Shown here piece after piece: positions 51,315 to 64,000 of a stretch of DNA of 64,000 nt. The notes under the pieces are model-generated. The model searched no databases. It was not told where the DNA came from and saw only the letters and a list, made by a program, of their open reading frames with translations. The position numbers and the translations under genes are program-made. Source of the DNA: Balanoglossus misakiensis (lineage: Eukaryota > Animalia > Hemichordata); NCBI GenBank assembly GCA_040954595.2, contig CM082591.2, forward strand, positions 2,966,259 through 3,030,258, given 5' to 3'. The stretch's first letter is position 1. Every line of letters starts with the position of its first letter.

Positions 51315-52338
51315 ATACGCGCAACGACGGAGCACCAGGCCATCTCCGCTAAGTGTTCTGTCAACCCGCATGTGTTGCACATTTCCTTGCGTAAATCCGC
51401 GCTGATGAAATTCCAATCCCGACCTAACAAGCCACTTACGTTCCCGACACGGAGTTATCACTTTAAGGAAAAAGTCACCATCCCTCACGGGCATCGCCAA
51501 AAAAGTACACTAGTTTCAAGTGGTGTGCAATGTGTTTAATATATTTTTCATCACAATCCCTCCCCAAGGCAAGTTTCCAACATAAGTGGCATTCATCTGG
51601 TACGTACAAATCTACGTAATGACATTTTGTCCCACATCCCCGCAGCCAGCTCATCGTCCCAGCACAAATACAGGAAAAGCTGTTGAACTCAAGCCTCAAT
51701 GGAATTAAGACGCCCATCCCCGGGGTATTATCTGAAGTATATAAACATCGGAATTTCAATACTCGTTCAAGCAATCCGCAAGCCACGACACGACACGTTC
51801 CTGGCTTCATCCAATGCCCTTAGCGATGAAACAAACATTCGACACAAACAGACTACCCAGCATTCATTACGTACTCCCAATCTATCGAAGCGGGTGATGT
51901 TATCATCAGGGAACACGCATGTTTACAGTTTTGTCTGTAATGTCGCCACTATATCGAATAAACGATGTTAAATTTCCCTTTTAAATACAGAAATTTAATT
52001 TTCCTCTCCACAAGAAAGCAATTTCACTCAGTAATATACCACGATCACATCAACCAGACAACAAGTTGATGGTCATATTTTTCGACTTCTATGAGTAAAA
52101 CCTGGAGACACGCATGCGCAATGGATGAGAACTGTAGGCTTTCCGCTATGCGTTCTGTCAAGCCGTATGTGCTGTGTTGATGAATTCCAATACTAGACGC
52201 TGTAACGAGCTCTTGACATGGGATTATCACTTTAAGGGAAAAGTCACCATCTCCTCCAGGCATCCTCGGAAGTAAATTAGTTTCAAGTGGTACATAATCT
52301 GTGCAATACTGTTTCCATCGCCACCCCTCCCCGAAGCA
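51315..52338. repeat. Diverged direct duplication (~220-260 bp; about 51315-51570 and 52113-52338) downstream of LMO2
   Basis: Shared blocks ccgcta..gttctgtcaa.ccg.atgtg, ttatcactttaagg.aaaagtcaccatc and tagtttcaagtggt. Confidence 0.7.
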
Positions 52339-52455
52339 CTGTCTGTTGAAATCAATGGCGTGTGTATTAGCGCCATCTTCGGTTTTAGGCATGGACGGCT
52401 TTCGTTGTTTTTGGCCCTAACTATGACGTCATGACCATAACCACTTGGCGGCGCC

Positions 52456-53918
52456 CTAGCTGGAGCTGGCAGACGCCGCTGCTAACAACATCATGTAATC
52501 TGTTTCGCAGTAGATCTGCGAGTCCACGGTGTAGAAGCGATCACCCACACAGAAGTGTTTCTGACATTGTGTGCATTTAAAGCATTCCAGGTGATAGCAG
52601 GTGTCCTGAGAGATCTTCATTGCCATCTCGAAAGACGCTATGTTTTGTTGGCATGCATCGCACACGCCTGTGGGACCAAACAACCTGAAATGAAAAGGGT
52701 GAATTTGGTCCATCACAAATGAGGAAACACTGGCATATATCAATTGACAATCCAAAGCTCAGACTTACTATCCTAGCTGTAATAGTCAACCCGTTTTAGT
52801 TGCCGTCTATAGTGGAATTACACCTGTCTATAGTGGTTACTATACATGTATGTGTGTTTCAGTGTCTGTACACTTTACATGCATGTAAATTGACCTGTCT
52901 ATGACATTTTTATTAATAGGCTATCATAATTTTTATTAATATTTAATTCATATACTATTCATAGAAAATTGGCATATTTATGAGCTGGGAAGGAAATAGC
53001 TTATTGGCCTTGTGACGCTATCCCTTATCAGTGTGCTACAGCGCCGTTAGTGCTTAGCATGTGCATCCGCTGTGATAACCATCGTCGTCATGACAACAAG
53101 CAAAACCCCACCCACCTTAAGTAGTCTCGCTTGCAGAGTTTCCGACCATACTTGAAGTACACTTTACAACCGACTTCGCCGAGGCGACATTGACACAGGT
53201 CACAGGCCAGGCAGTCCTCGTGCCAGTAGCTGTCCAGGGCCTTCAGGAAGTAGCGGTCTTTGATGTGGTCATGGCAACCGTCGCACTCCAGTTTGGAGGG
53301 ATGGATGTGTAGTACTTCGTCCACTGTTTCTCTGTCGGCCAAAAGTGTTGTTCGAGTTAAAATAAACAATCATGATGCATATATGGGAAATTTGCCAAAA
53401 TTGAATATACTAGTATGTTCTTGATGTCCTTGTAAACAGCAAGAGACTGTGATGATAGACAGCGTAGGGTTTCCTCCAACAAATCTGCGCATAGTGTAAT
53501 TCGAGACAAAAACTTAAACTTCCCAAATCCTGGTGAACAGGACGTGGACAGTTGAAAATTATTTGTCCTAAGACAGATGTGGTGTTTTAGAATTCTATTA
53601 GTTTGTCTTAGAGTTATGTCCATATTGATTTTCTCAACTTGAATTTCTCAACTTCCAACGAACGTACGTTCACCAAACGGCTCGGCGATGTGCTATATTA
53701 GTGTCGATCATCTCTAAAGACTTGTATTTATTTTTGACTCGATTTAATTGAGATTAGGTGTTTGAGTAAATGGACGCAGTTTGTTCAATAACAGCTCGTC
53801 AGCCCGCAGGAAAAGTTGTATCATAATTCAAAGTACTACAAATATAACTGTAGCACACATAAGAAAGTTGCAATACGTTCAAAGAAATTAAGACTTACCC
53901 CTGCACAAAATTTGCCAT
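52456..53918 (-). CDS. LMO2: LIM-domain-only protein, LMO2/rhombotin-2-like. Exons 53918-53899, 53331-53116, 52684-52456
   Basis: Two LIM domains with LMO2-type stretches [33 protein letters not shown] and [18 protein letters not shown]. Confidence 0.9.
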
Positions 53919-56176
53919 TTTCCTTTTTAAAAAATCGAGAGTTTAGGACTGACTAACAGGTCATCAATAACAGCGAGCTGAACTTCGCATGGTTCTTTTC
54001 TGAAAATTCGCTTTCTGTAAACGGTCCTTTTATACATAAAGAGATTCAGTCTCTCACGTGACATGCTTTAAATTTCTAAATCACGACTCGCGTCGCTTGC
54101 TGAAATTGACGGAAGTTTCACCCTCGCTGCCATTCGTAAACATCTCGCGGCGAGTGGTCACGTGACACCACATGGCCATCCGGGACGCGCTGCTCTCGAG
54201 TTTCCGTAGTTTCACTTCCGAAATTTTGTGTGGCGCTATTTCCTTTCAAACAAGCAACGCGCGATAATCGACGTGCGTGTTTATCTCTTATTGCCCTCTC
54301 GAGGCCTGTAAACATCTGATATTAAACCAAATATACTCTACTGAGACACATGAAATATGCGAATACATTGCCAGTTTTGTGTGGTAAGCTTAATTAGTTT
54401 AATTTTTAACGATCTCAAGATCGCGTTTAGGGTGAACCATATAATGGGTCAGCTAGGGCATACGGGCCAACTTCCATAAACGTGAGAACGATTGTAACTC
54501 CGCCGTGTAAGACAACTCTATGTGTGTGGTAATGCCAAACAAACTATTAAACACAAAAACAGCGTACTGTCACCCAGATTTCTGCCACTTGGCATCGTGC
54601 CAAGATGCGACGCTGAGAAAAGTCTTTCCATACAAGTTGAAAAAATACGTGGTTTAAATCAGCGTGCAGTTCCACAAATACAGGATGGCAGTTCCTGATA
54701 CATAACAATTGACATGCCACGCTTAGAAATTATCGCACAAGCGCAGACAGATGGAAATTAGGAGCTATGTCACGACTTCCAATTACGCAACAATTAAATG
54801 GCCGTTTGTTGCAGGATATTGGGACGCAGCGTAAAGTACAATTACACAAAACGTCAGAGAAACAGTGGGGGTTCGCCTATTTATAGAAACCCCGGAAATG
54901 GAATGCGTAGGCGAGACCGGAAAGGTCGCTCGACACCCTTTAAAAATAGTTCTCTGTCTGAGCATCAAATCACGAGATTTGCGAAAGAAAGATCATTTTG
55001 CTCAGTGTCTAAGATTAAGCACGGATTGTAACCCTCCCCGAGTGTGTTCTGTCCTCATAACAACAAGGTTTGATTTACTCTCTCCATCAGTCCATTACAA
55101 GTTACAAGTGACTGCAAGGGGATATGCCCAGTGGGTATGGAATTACCACTGTGGTATAGGTCCTTGGTCCGAACCTCCACAAGCAAGCTCGATTTTCTGA
55201 AGTCATGCAAGTTTGGTTCCGGAAATCAAAACTAGTTTGACAGATCCCAGACTTCCACTCAGGCTCTGAGGATTATTGTGACTTGTCTTTCTTTGTGTGC
55301 CCTCTTGATCCACCAAACAAACAGTTTGCAAACTGAGGAGAGTCCTATAATTTATAGTCAAATTGCCGCATCATAAAACTTTTTAAGAACCCTCGAACGT
55401 TCCCAGGAAGAGCTGCCTACAGTGGTATGAGAGGCTCTTAAATAACATAGACACATTGTAATCACAAGTGGTTAGTGGTTTAGAAATCGAGAGAACCAAC
55501 TCTTCCCAAAAGTTTCTCAGAACCTCGCATGTTTGTGTACACAACGAAATGAGCTGCCTGGGAAACTGTCCATCTCAACTTGTGGAAATCAAAATACTTG
55601 TACATGTATATGTGGGTGGTGCTGCCACCTGGCCTTAGTGGGAAATTTGTGCAACATGGGCCAAGCATGAACACAATAGAGCTTCCAAGAAGCCAACCTG
55701 GCCTACTTTTTGCTTACCGACAGACACAAGCATGTCTAGAAAATTCAAATAAACCAATTCAGCTTCACATCTTTTATTTCAAAAACTCTCACCTCCATAC
55801 AATATTTTCAAGTCACTAGAAAATGTACTCCCAATAATATCAATGCCAATTGGTTGATGTTAATATTAATTTTCAAATTTGTGTTACATCAACCAATTGG
55901 GGTGAATGTTTCTTTACATTTACAAATAAGCCAAAGCCAAGTGGTTTAACTAAACACTGCCTTTAAAGTTTGTGCGGAAACAGCCTGTCACAACTACAAT
56001 GTACTTTTTTCTGAATGTCTTACATAGCAGCCCTATATAACAGAAATCCTGATTGGTCTTCATTTCCAAATTTCATGTCCAATCAGGAACACCATTATTG
56101 TAAATATCAGAATGGACCCCATATTCCATCATTGACATATCAACTTTTCATACATGTCTTGAATTAATTTCTTCCG

Positions 56177-58750
56177 TCAAACTATTCTCTCACCGAGCAC
56201 ACCCATGCTTTTCACGTAATAATCAGGAACTAGTCTTTGTCTTTCTATTGAATTACTTTGTTGGTGTTCCTTCGCCTCTTCTGAAGTGTTTATTCCAGTC
56301 TCCACGAGGAGAGTTTTGAGGCCACAATTTTTCCCCATCAGAATATCTGTTGTCATGCGGTCACCTATCATGACTGTTCTCTTGGGATCAATTCCAGGGT
56401 GACTGAAAGTAGAAAGAACACTTGATACTATCGATTTATATCATGCATTGCAATATGAACCATCCAATACATATGCCATGATACTGTTGACTTTAGTCTA
56501 CTATGCACCCCATCCAATTTCTTCACACCATTGATAGAATTGTTGTCATGAATATAAGTTTGTTTATACTTACACTTTCATAATGCTTTCAAAGAGATAT
56601 TTATGTGGTTTGCCAAGAACAATGGGTTCTCTCTGGGCGGCCATCCTCACTGCATGGACAATTACACCAGTACCTGTAGAAACAAAAGTATGTTAATACC
56701 TGTTTAAATCGAACCCTATCTTTTCCAGTCCCTTCATATGAGACATTATGAACATAACTTTTCAAATACCATATCAGGCATGCGCAAATCAAATAATCCT
56801 TTGATCCCTTCGGTGTTAAGTTTACAAGTCTTCCTATATATTTATTTTAACTCACCAGTCCTGGTTTGGACGAAAACTTCCAAATGATGTCACTTACCTG
56901 GAATGATAACTTTCCCAGCGTAGGGGTATCGCAAGTCTTCATTAGTGGCTATAAACACACAGTCAGGATCATTCAAATATGTCGCAGCTTTGAGCAATTT
57001 GTTGAAACTTATATGCTCATCAAATCCCACGACAACTGCTTTCACCTGATAATTAATAAACAAGATAAATTTTCTTAAATATAATATTGAATTTATCCCA
57101 AAAAGTTACCTAAACCTGCTGCATTTTGGCTTTGGGTGATAACGATTTCTGGGCCTACATTTATGTCATATAACTTACCTCAGGATCAATGGGTAAGGCT
57201 GCCCATTTGTCAAGATCATAAGCCTCTGAAGGATCTGGCTACAAAGAATGAAAAGAAGATACTTGTGAAAGCATGATACATGTATATGCACAGTGATCAC
57301 CTTCTCTGTTATGTAACTTAAATGTCAAACAGGATTTTATAAAGAATGATTTTTTTTTTATCAATGACATATAGCACTACAAAGGACAGGAAAACTTACC
57401 CCTGAACCGACATGCTCATAACCCATTAATTCCAACTCTTCTTGCATTCCAGCACCTCCCATTAAATAAACTTTACCTTCGTAATTCAAACCATGTTTGA
57501 GATAGGCTGCGGCAGCCGAAGCTGTACATACTATTTCCTCCTGAAAAATTCACAAATAATAAAAGTTACCTAAAAATGTTACAAACATAAAAATTACATC
57601 AGCCAAACACAAGATCATGTGTATCCTGTATTATTTGCTATTTTCAAACACACTTTAGAGAAATTCTGATAACTTCCCCAAACTAACCAGTTCATTCATT
57701 GTTTAAAACAATTGACAGGAAACTGATTATCTTGCAAATTGCACAAGAGCTGATGGCAATAGCAGGAATGAAGGAAATAGCCGAATGTAACCCTAGACAG
57801 TTCATCTTTCTCCGCGAGCGTATAAAATCCTGTCATGTACAAACCTCATAAGCTTCAAATCCCAGGGTGGAAAACTTTTTCAAATATTGTTTTCTTGACT
57901 TGGTGCTGTTGTTTGTAACAAAGAAAATCTTCTTTCCCTGTGAGAATAAAATGTGGAAATGAAATATGAAATGTGCCATGACAAAAAGTCATTAGATTAA
58001 TACAAATATACAGTTTCATCCAAGATTTCAAATGTGTCAAACCTCCAGTTTCACCAAATACAGTGACCATGGGGACTTACTTTTTGCCGTAGTTTGCTCA
58101 AGGCTTCAGCAGCACCTGGTACACCATGTTGGCCTTGCCACAATACTCCTGTAATTTAACAGGTTTTTTTTTACAAATTAATATATGTATTTTTATTTTA
58201 TAAATTACACGCAAAGTAGACAAAATAATTTTCATAGTCTCTCAGGAAAAATTAGATGTTTTTCAGTGGAGTCCATTGTTATCTCACTGTTAGACACACC
58301 TATTATTATGCTAATCAAGTTACATCATCCTTATTGGCCGAAGCCATCTTCATGATAGGGGGGAGGGGCGGAAGAGTTAGTGTTGAACATTTCCATTGAA
58401 ACCGGAAGGAGACTATACTTGAAGGATGTATTTACAGGGGAAATGAGGAACCAAACGTTAAGGTTACTTTCGGTTTTCATTTCAACCATGATTTGGCAAC
58501 CATTGTCAAGTTAACAGTTATGACCTCGGATTGAACCTATACACACAGTTCGTGACCTTGTGGGCGTGCGATATGTATGGTTCCTCCGCCAAAGAATTAA
58601 AACTGACAATGACACCTCTTTCTAATAATCTGGATCACTGTAAATTATTAGCGTTCAAAACAACTCACCGTCACAATCGCAGAAGACGGTGTCAATTGAC
58701 GATAAAAACTCCGGCACCAAATCCGTCGTCAGCTCCAAGCAGGCAGCCAT
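56177..58750 (-). CDS. PGP: Phosphoglycolate/glycerol-3-phosphate phosphatase (HAD IIA), paralog A, 8 exons
   Basis: Motif I FCDCDGVLW, motif [15 protein letters not shown], motif [16 protein letters not shown]-terminal LVPDYYVKS. Confidence 0.9.
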
Positions 58751-59306
58751 TTTGTGGTTGACGCCCTCAAACGACGATTGTGCATTCCCTTTCGTTATCA
58801 ACGGCGACTGGGGACCGCCCTTTCGTTTTTACGGCGAGTGGCGACTGCACACGAAGCATTGGCATTTCCATGCGTGTGATTATGTGACTTGTTCAGAAAA
58901 TTCCAAAATCACCAAGTTTTGAATAATATTCATACAGATAAACAAGTAAAACATCTGCCCAGAGGCAAGGATAAATCCCAATAAATGAAGTTCTCTCAAC
59001 TCACACTTTTGCATAGAAATATGACAAGGAAAAGTTAGTTAATAATATGTTTATTGCAGCATGTATAATTAATATACAGATAAGTATTGTTACTTTTGTA
59101 CTCTTTTTTTCAAGCAGCCACACAGCAAAAAATCACAGAATTTGTAACTTACATTTCAGGTTTTCATATAAACAATAGTGCTATTAATATGATAGATTGA
59201 TTTAAGTTAGATTTGTTTAGAGACTGCAAATGTCTTCGAAATGCAAAACACTCATATAAGGCACGTCACGCTAAAGTCCAGGTTCTGGTATCTCAAACTG
59301 TACTCT

Positions 59307-62102
59307 TCACATGGCAGACAGCAATTTGCCAAATTCGGTGATACTGCTGATGTAGTTGTGTGGCACCAGTTTCTGTCGCTCTGCCGAGCCACTCTTCAGA
59401 TGCTCCTTGGCTTCCTGGAGAGTGGAGACACCAGTCTCCACTAGCAATGTCTTGACGCCACAGTTGTGACCAAAGGCAATATCGGCACTAAGCAAGTCAC
59501 CGATTATAATAGATCTCTTTGGGTCAACATCTGGAAAACTAGAATTAGATACAATGTTAATGGACTGGGGTTTCTTCTTTTAGGCCAATCAAGGAAAATC
59601 TCTTGGAAGAGAGGAGTTTTTGAGTCAGAACTTGGATAAAATTGGCCATTCATGAGAATGTTTCTATGATACGGAGGATGACAACATTGTAGCATATATG
59701 GCAACTAGCAGTTTCAACTTACATGCGTTTGACGGTATCGAACATGAGCCTCCCTGGCTTGCCCATAATGGTAGGTTCTCTGCTCACAAGTTCTTGTAAA
59801 GCACGTACAAAGCAGCCAGTAGCTAACAAATAACATGAAAACATATTGCGTCAGATGGCACAGTACCCTCCCCTAATATGCCTATGTTAGTTTCTTCATA
59901 GTATCAAGTGAAATGTGTATATTCTATGGGTTGTAAGTCTGTATGATATTCTGTTGCCTGTATTTTGTATCCTGGATTTTCTGCCTTACCTGGAATGATT
60001 CTGTCGTTTCCCCTGAGCGGGAATGTTGTGTCGTAGCTGTTGACCAGATAGTGACAGTTTGGATTCCTAAGGTAGTTGGCTGCCTTCATCAGCTTCATGA
60101 AGTTGAAATAAGGGTCAAAACCAACAATCACTACTTCAACCTGGTCAAAAAATGAAACCATGTGGTCAAATGTGTATGGTGTAGAAATTTCAGTTCCATA
60201 GCAATCAAGGTGCTGTGACAGAAAGAACTATATTATACTGTATCAACATATACCTGTCAGTCATTCTGTTAAACACAGATGACTGCAGGATCCTCAAATT
60301 AAGGCTTATATGGCAGAGTATGCTGAATGGAGATAAACATTTAAGCACATCCTGTACACATAAGCATGATTGACATGCACGTAATGGGCAGCATGTCTGC
60401 TGCTTTGGAATTCACACAAATTCAGTTAGGTAGATATGTACTCAGTATATCCATGGATGATGTATGTCTAATAGTTCAAACACACAGCAATTAGGCGTCG
60501 TAACCAACTATCAGACAGTGCCCAAAGTGTGCCAACAGAGAGCACTATGCAATTCAGTTAATTCACCTCCCATGTCATAGCGTCCTATACTTACGTCATT
60601 TCCATAGTCAATTTCCTGCCAATCTTTTAATCCGCCTTTCAATGGATCATCCTGGCAAAACAAACAAATACCAGTGTAGCAGATCAACTCAATATTGCAT
60701 AGAGATTATGGTATGAAATCTAAACTTGCCTCCATAATGTAAATACTCACCCCTGCACCAAAGTATGGAATTCCATAATTTTCCATCTCTGCTGCGTATC
60801 CTTGGCTACCGACTAAGTACACTCGACCTTTGATCTTCAGCTGTTCTTTAATATATTGGCAACAGACTGTAGTGCAGCCTACAATTTCATCCTAACAGAT
60901 TAAAAAAGAAGGTTGTTATCCTCTGTGTGTACACATGTAAAGTATACTTAACATATTAAAACTAGTGCAATTTTGCTTATAACTAACGTAAGCCATCCAC
61001 TTACCAACTCAGCTTGAAATCCAAGTCGGTGTAACTTTTCTTGGTAAAGTTTTCTTGACTTTAAACTGTTGTTAGAGATGTAAATCACTCTCTTGCCCTA
61101 GAAGAAAACAATCACTTAGAGTTGGTCAGTCCTATCTCTCATTGGTCAAAAATGTCATGTGACATTGAAGCTACCATACCTCCAACTTTCCCAACTTAGG
61201 GGAGCATCATATCTCCAACATTCCCAACTTAGGGGAGCCATTTTGTTTGTTGTATTGTAAATTATTCCCTCACCATTGACCTCAGTTTCTGCAATGTTTC
61301 ACTGGACCCCTCTATGAGGTTATCTTCTCCACTCCATAGTACACCTGTCAAGTCAAGAAAATGATACACAGACGCTTGGAAAGGTCAGATTTTGCACGTG
61401 CAGCGGTGTGCATTGATCACCTCGTACCACACCTGACCCCGTACCTAACACGCCATACCACATAATTCTCGGTGGAATTATCAGCAGTTTTTTTTGCTGC
61501 CAACGAAACGAAAGTGAAAGAAAACTCGTACGCGTCGTTTTCTTTTCTGCTGGAAAAACTTTTTTCACACTTCCTCTTTCTTTGACTTCGATGGCATTTA
61601 TTAAAAGGTGGCGTGATATGGCCAATAGCGGTCAGTTTGGAATTTGACACGCCATGTCCTCTGTGAGTTGTGACCCATTTAGTGCGGAAAACAAAGTAAC
61701 TTCTTCGACTGGCTTTGGGAAAGGGGGCGCTTGAAGTTGACGTCACCGTCAAGGTGATGGATGTACAGAGCTGCACAGAGGCCCGTTGCTGGCGCCCTTG
61801 AACCAACGCTGTAAAGCCGTCCTCTCATATCACAGTCCATTGGTTACACGTCAATTGGGAGGTCAACCTGTCGAGTATATAAGGAAGCAATATCGGCCAG
61901 CAGAGCACGGCCAACTCAGCACAGGCTGCAACTACATGTAGTTGTACTTATCCTATAAACATGTCCAGCTACATTTTTGTCACTGGTGTTTATTACACAG
62001 TGAAGCGAAAACCTACTTACCATCGCAGTCTGTTAAAACTGTATCGAACGACGAAACATAATCGGCGATGTTTTCGCGTGTTATCTCTTCGCAGGCAGCC
62101 AT
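59307..62102 (-). CDS. PGP: Phosphoglycolate-phosphatase-like HAD IIA, paralog B, 8 exons
   Basis: Motif I LTDCDGVLW, YISNNSLKSR, MGKPG, IIGDLLSADIAFG. Same exon layout as paralog A. Confidence 0.87.
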
Positions 62103-63164
62103 GATGGAGAGCGCCATTAACGCCCGTAATGTTTCTATAGTTTTGTTTTTATACTTTCAAACCAGCCAGCCTCTGTTGGTTGGGCTCCCGAAAACATTCA
62201 ACCTACAATTATTGCGCCTGCGCCGTATACAATCTCACATGACTCCGAGGTCACCATTTTTCTAATCCTGAGGTCGCCATGCGCGTCACCTGGGATGACG
62301 AATCACTCTCATGCATAATGGTGTGAATACGATTACTTTATTCAACGTTATTACTTGGGTGGGTGGAGGGACTCAATGATGCTGTTTTGTATTAAAATAT
62401 TCAGGTCACTGGGGGCGTACATTACTCTTTGAAAACGCCAATCTCACGAAAAATTAAAGGTGTAAACCTCTGTGTCACGTGCCACAAAATGTGAGGCATT
62501 TTAACTCCCAGAAAATTTGCATTCAGATAAAGCTGTCTTTACAGATCAAACACCCATGTGAAAACTGAAGTAAAATGTTATTGTTTTTGTGAGTAGTGTG
62601 AGAGGACATCTTGTATTACCCGCATATTACATATGTAAAACTATGTAGCCGTCTTTTTTCCTGCTAAATATTAGTTGCCATAGGTAAGCCTAATATGCAA
62701 ATCAAACAACTTAATCTTGAAAACCATTGCTGTAATGTTTCGTTACATGTAAAAAAAGAAATACACCCCAAAGAACCAGCAAACAAGATACGTCACGAAC
62801 AAGTTCCTGTCATCAATTGATCTGGAAGAATTCAAATTTCCGTAACCATGGAAACCTTGTTATCAAATGACACAGTCAATACAATGTGATTCACATTAAT
62901 GGTAAAAATTCCATGACTAAGTAGTACCAGGGTTTGCTGTCCGTTTATTTCCGTCGTCAAATGTCGTGACCCATTTAATTTAAATCAGAAATCAAATTCT
63001 ACCTGGTTAATGTAATAAGCTGAAAGCGTCGCTTTCTGCCAAACACCTAACTTAAAGTTAATTTCGCGATTTTGATGTTGGTAAGTTATAATACTCTGTG
63101 AAAAGTGAGATCAAGCGGTTATCCTATAGTCTTGTCCCATTTTATAGTTTCTGTCCTGTTAGTG

Positions 63165-64000
63165 TCAAGTTAACCCAAACTGTTTTTTAATATATTCCAT
63201 CCTCTTTCGGACAAAATAGTAGAATTCATACTCCAGGGCCAGTCGGTCTCTCATAATGGTTTTTGCCACTTCCGACGGTTCCTTCCGCGAGACAGATTTG
63301 AACGATTGGACGTCGCCCTTTTCCAAGACCGACTTGTACGCGTCCATCGCCCCGGCGAAGAACTGCGGGATGATGTTCTCGAAGACCAGGAGCGTGTTGT
63401 TGAAATCTTCCAAGACGCCGACGAAGACGTAATCGCGGACGACGTGCAGCATGGCAAGCTCCAGGGATTCACGGGAGGGGACTCGGCAGATCTCTTCCTG
63501 GCCGCAGAAATACGGGATGATGCGGAAGGTGTTGTTGGTGCTGCACTCTTCTCGCTCTTTAACCACGCACTCGTCGAACGTCTGGTTGACGTCCTTCGCG
63601 TTCATGGCCGCCCGCTGCGTGATCCCGTCGCCGAAGCGCGTGTAGTAGTAGAACGACACCGTTCTGTCCAGCGGGTCCCGGATCAGATTGATGCCCATCG
63701 GCTGATCGGAGCCGAATTTGGCAAAATCGACATAATCAACGTGACGGTTGTAGATGTAGGGAGGCTGCAGGACGTCCACCTCGGCTACGAATTCGGCCTG
63801 TTCCTGATCGTTGAGTCGCTTCTGGGTGAAAACGTCACTCTTTATGTGGGGGAAGTGGTTCTTCCTCGATATAATATCAATAGTGTGCACCATGCTTCTA
63901 CTGCCGCATTTTCCCACTCGGTTAAATATCAACTTAGTGATGTTACGTGTGTAGTTCAAGTTGAACGGCAGCCCGGTGTCCGGGCGAATTTCGTTGCCGT
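63165..64000 (-). CDS. UST: Uronyl/heparan-sulfate 2-O-sulfotransferase-like protein; 5' end beyond the window, no intron across the catalytic domain
   Basis: PAPS-binding motifs FNRVGKCGSRS and IRDPLDRTVSFYYY; also IPYFCGQ, VGVLEDF and EYEFYYFVR. Confidence 0.85.
   Translation of the reverse strand, partial: GNEIRPDTGLPFNLNYTRNITKLIFNRVGKCGSRSMVHTIDIISRKNHFPHIKSDVFTQKRLNDQEQAEFVAEVDVLQPPYIYNRHVDYVDFAKFGSDQPMGINLIRDPLDRTVSFYYYTRFGDGITQRAAMNAKDVNQTFDECVVKEREECSTNNTFRIIPYFCGQEEICRVPSRESLELAMLHVVRDYVFVGVLEDFNNTLLVFENIIPQFFAGAMDAYKSVLEKGDVQSFKSVSRKEPSEVAKTIMRDRLALEYEFYYFVRKRMEYIKKQFGLT

Overview
Eukaryotic, intron-containing animal DNA. Gene set and repeat style suggest a marine invertebrate, plausibly an invertebrate deuterostome; this is inference only. 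From left to right: a spliced animal type I polyketide synthase (KS-AT-DH-degenerate ER-KR, running off the left edge); a ~21-exon calponin-homology + ankyrin-repeat gene; a nested pair of DNA transposons; IFTAP (C11orf74/NWC); a D2-like dopamine receptor; a ~13 kb gene-free stretch; LMO2; two tandem PGP-type HAD phosphatases; and a uronyl/heparan 2-O-sulfotransferase-like gene running off the right edge. The main finding is an apparently intact 8.5 kb P-superfamily transposon (19725-28227; perfect 32-bp TIRs, perfect 8-bp TSD) carrying two convergent spliced genes. One is a THAP-less P transposase that stops just after the catalytic Glu. The other is a C2H2-finger protein containing what looks like the missing P/THAP9 C-terminal domain, so the transposase appears to be split into two subunits. 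This element is nested in a second TIR element with its own 8-bp TSD. It lies at the 5' end of IFTAP/NWC, the gene beside which the two-gene RAG transposon was domesticated in jawed vertebrates. Exon boundaries were read by eye from GT/AG signals and reading frame.
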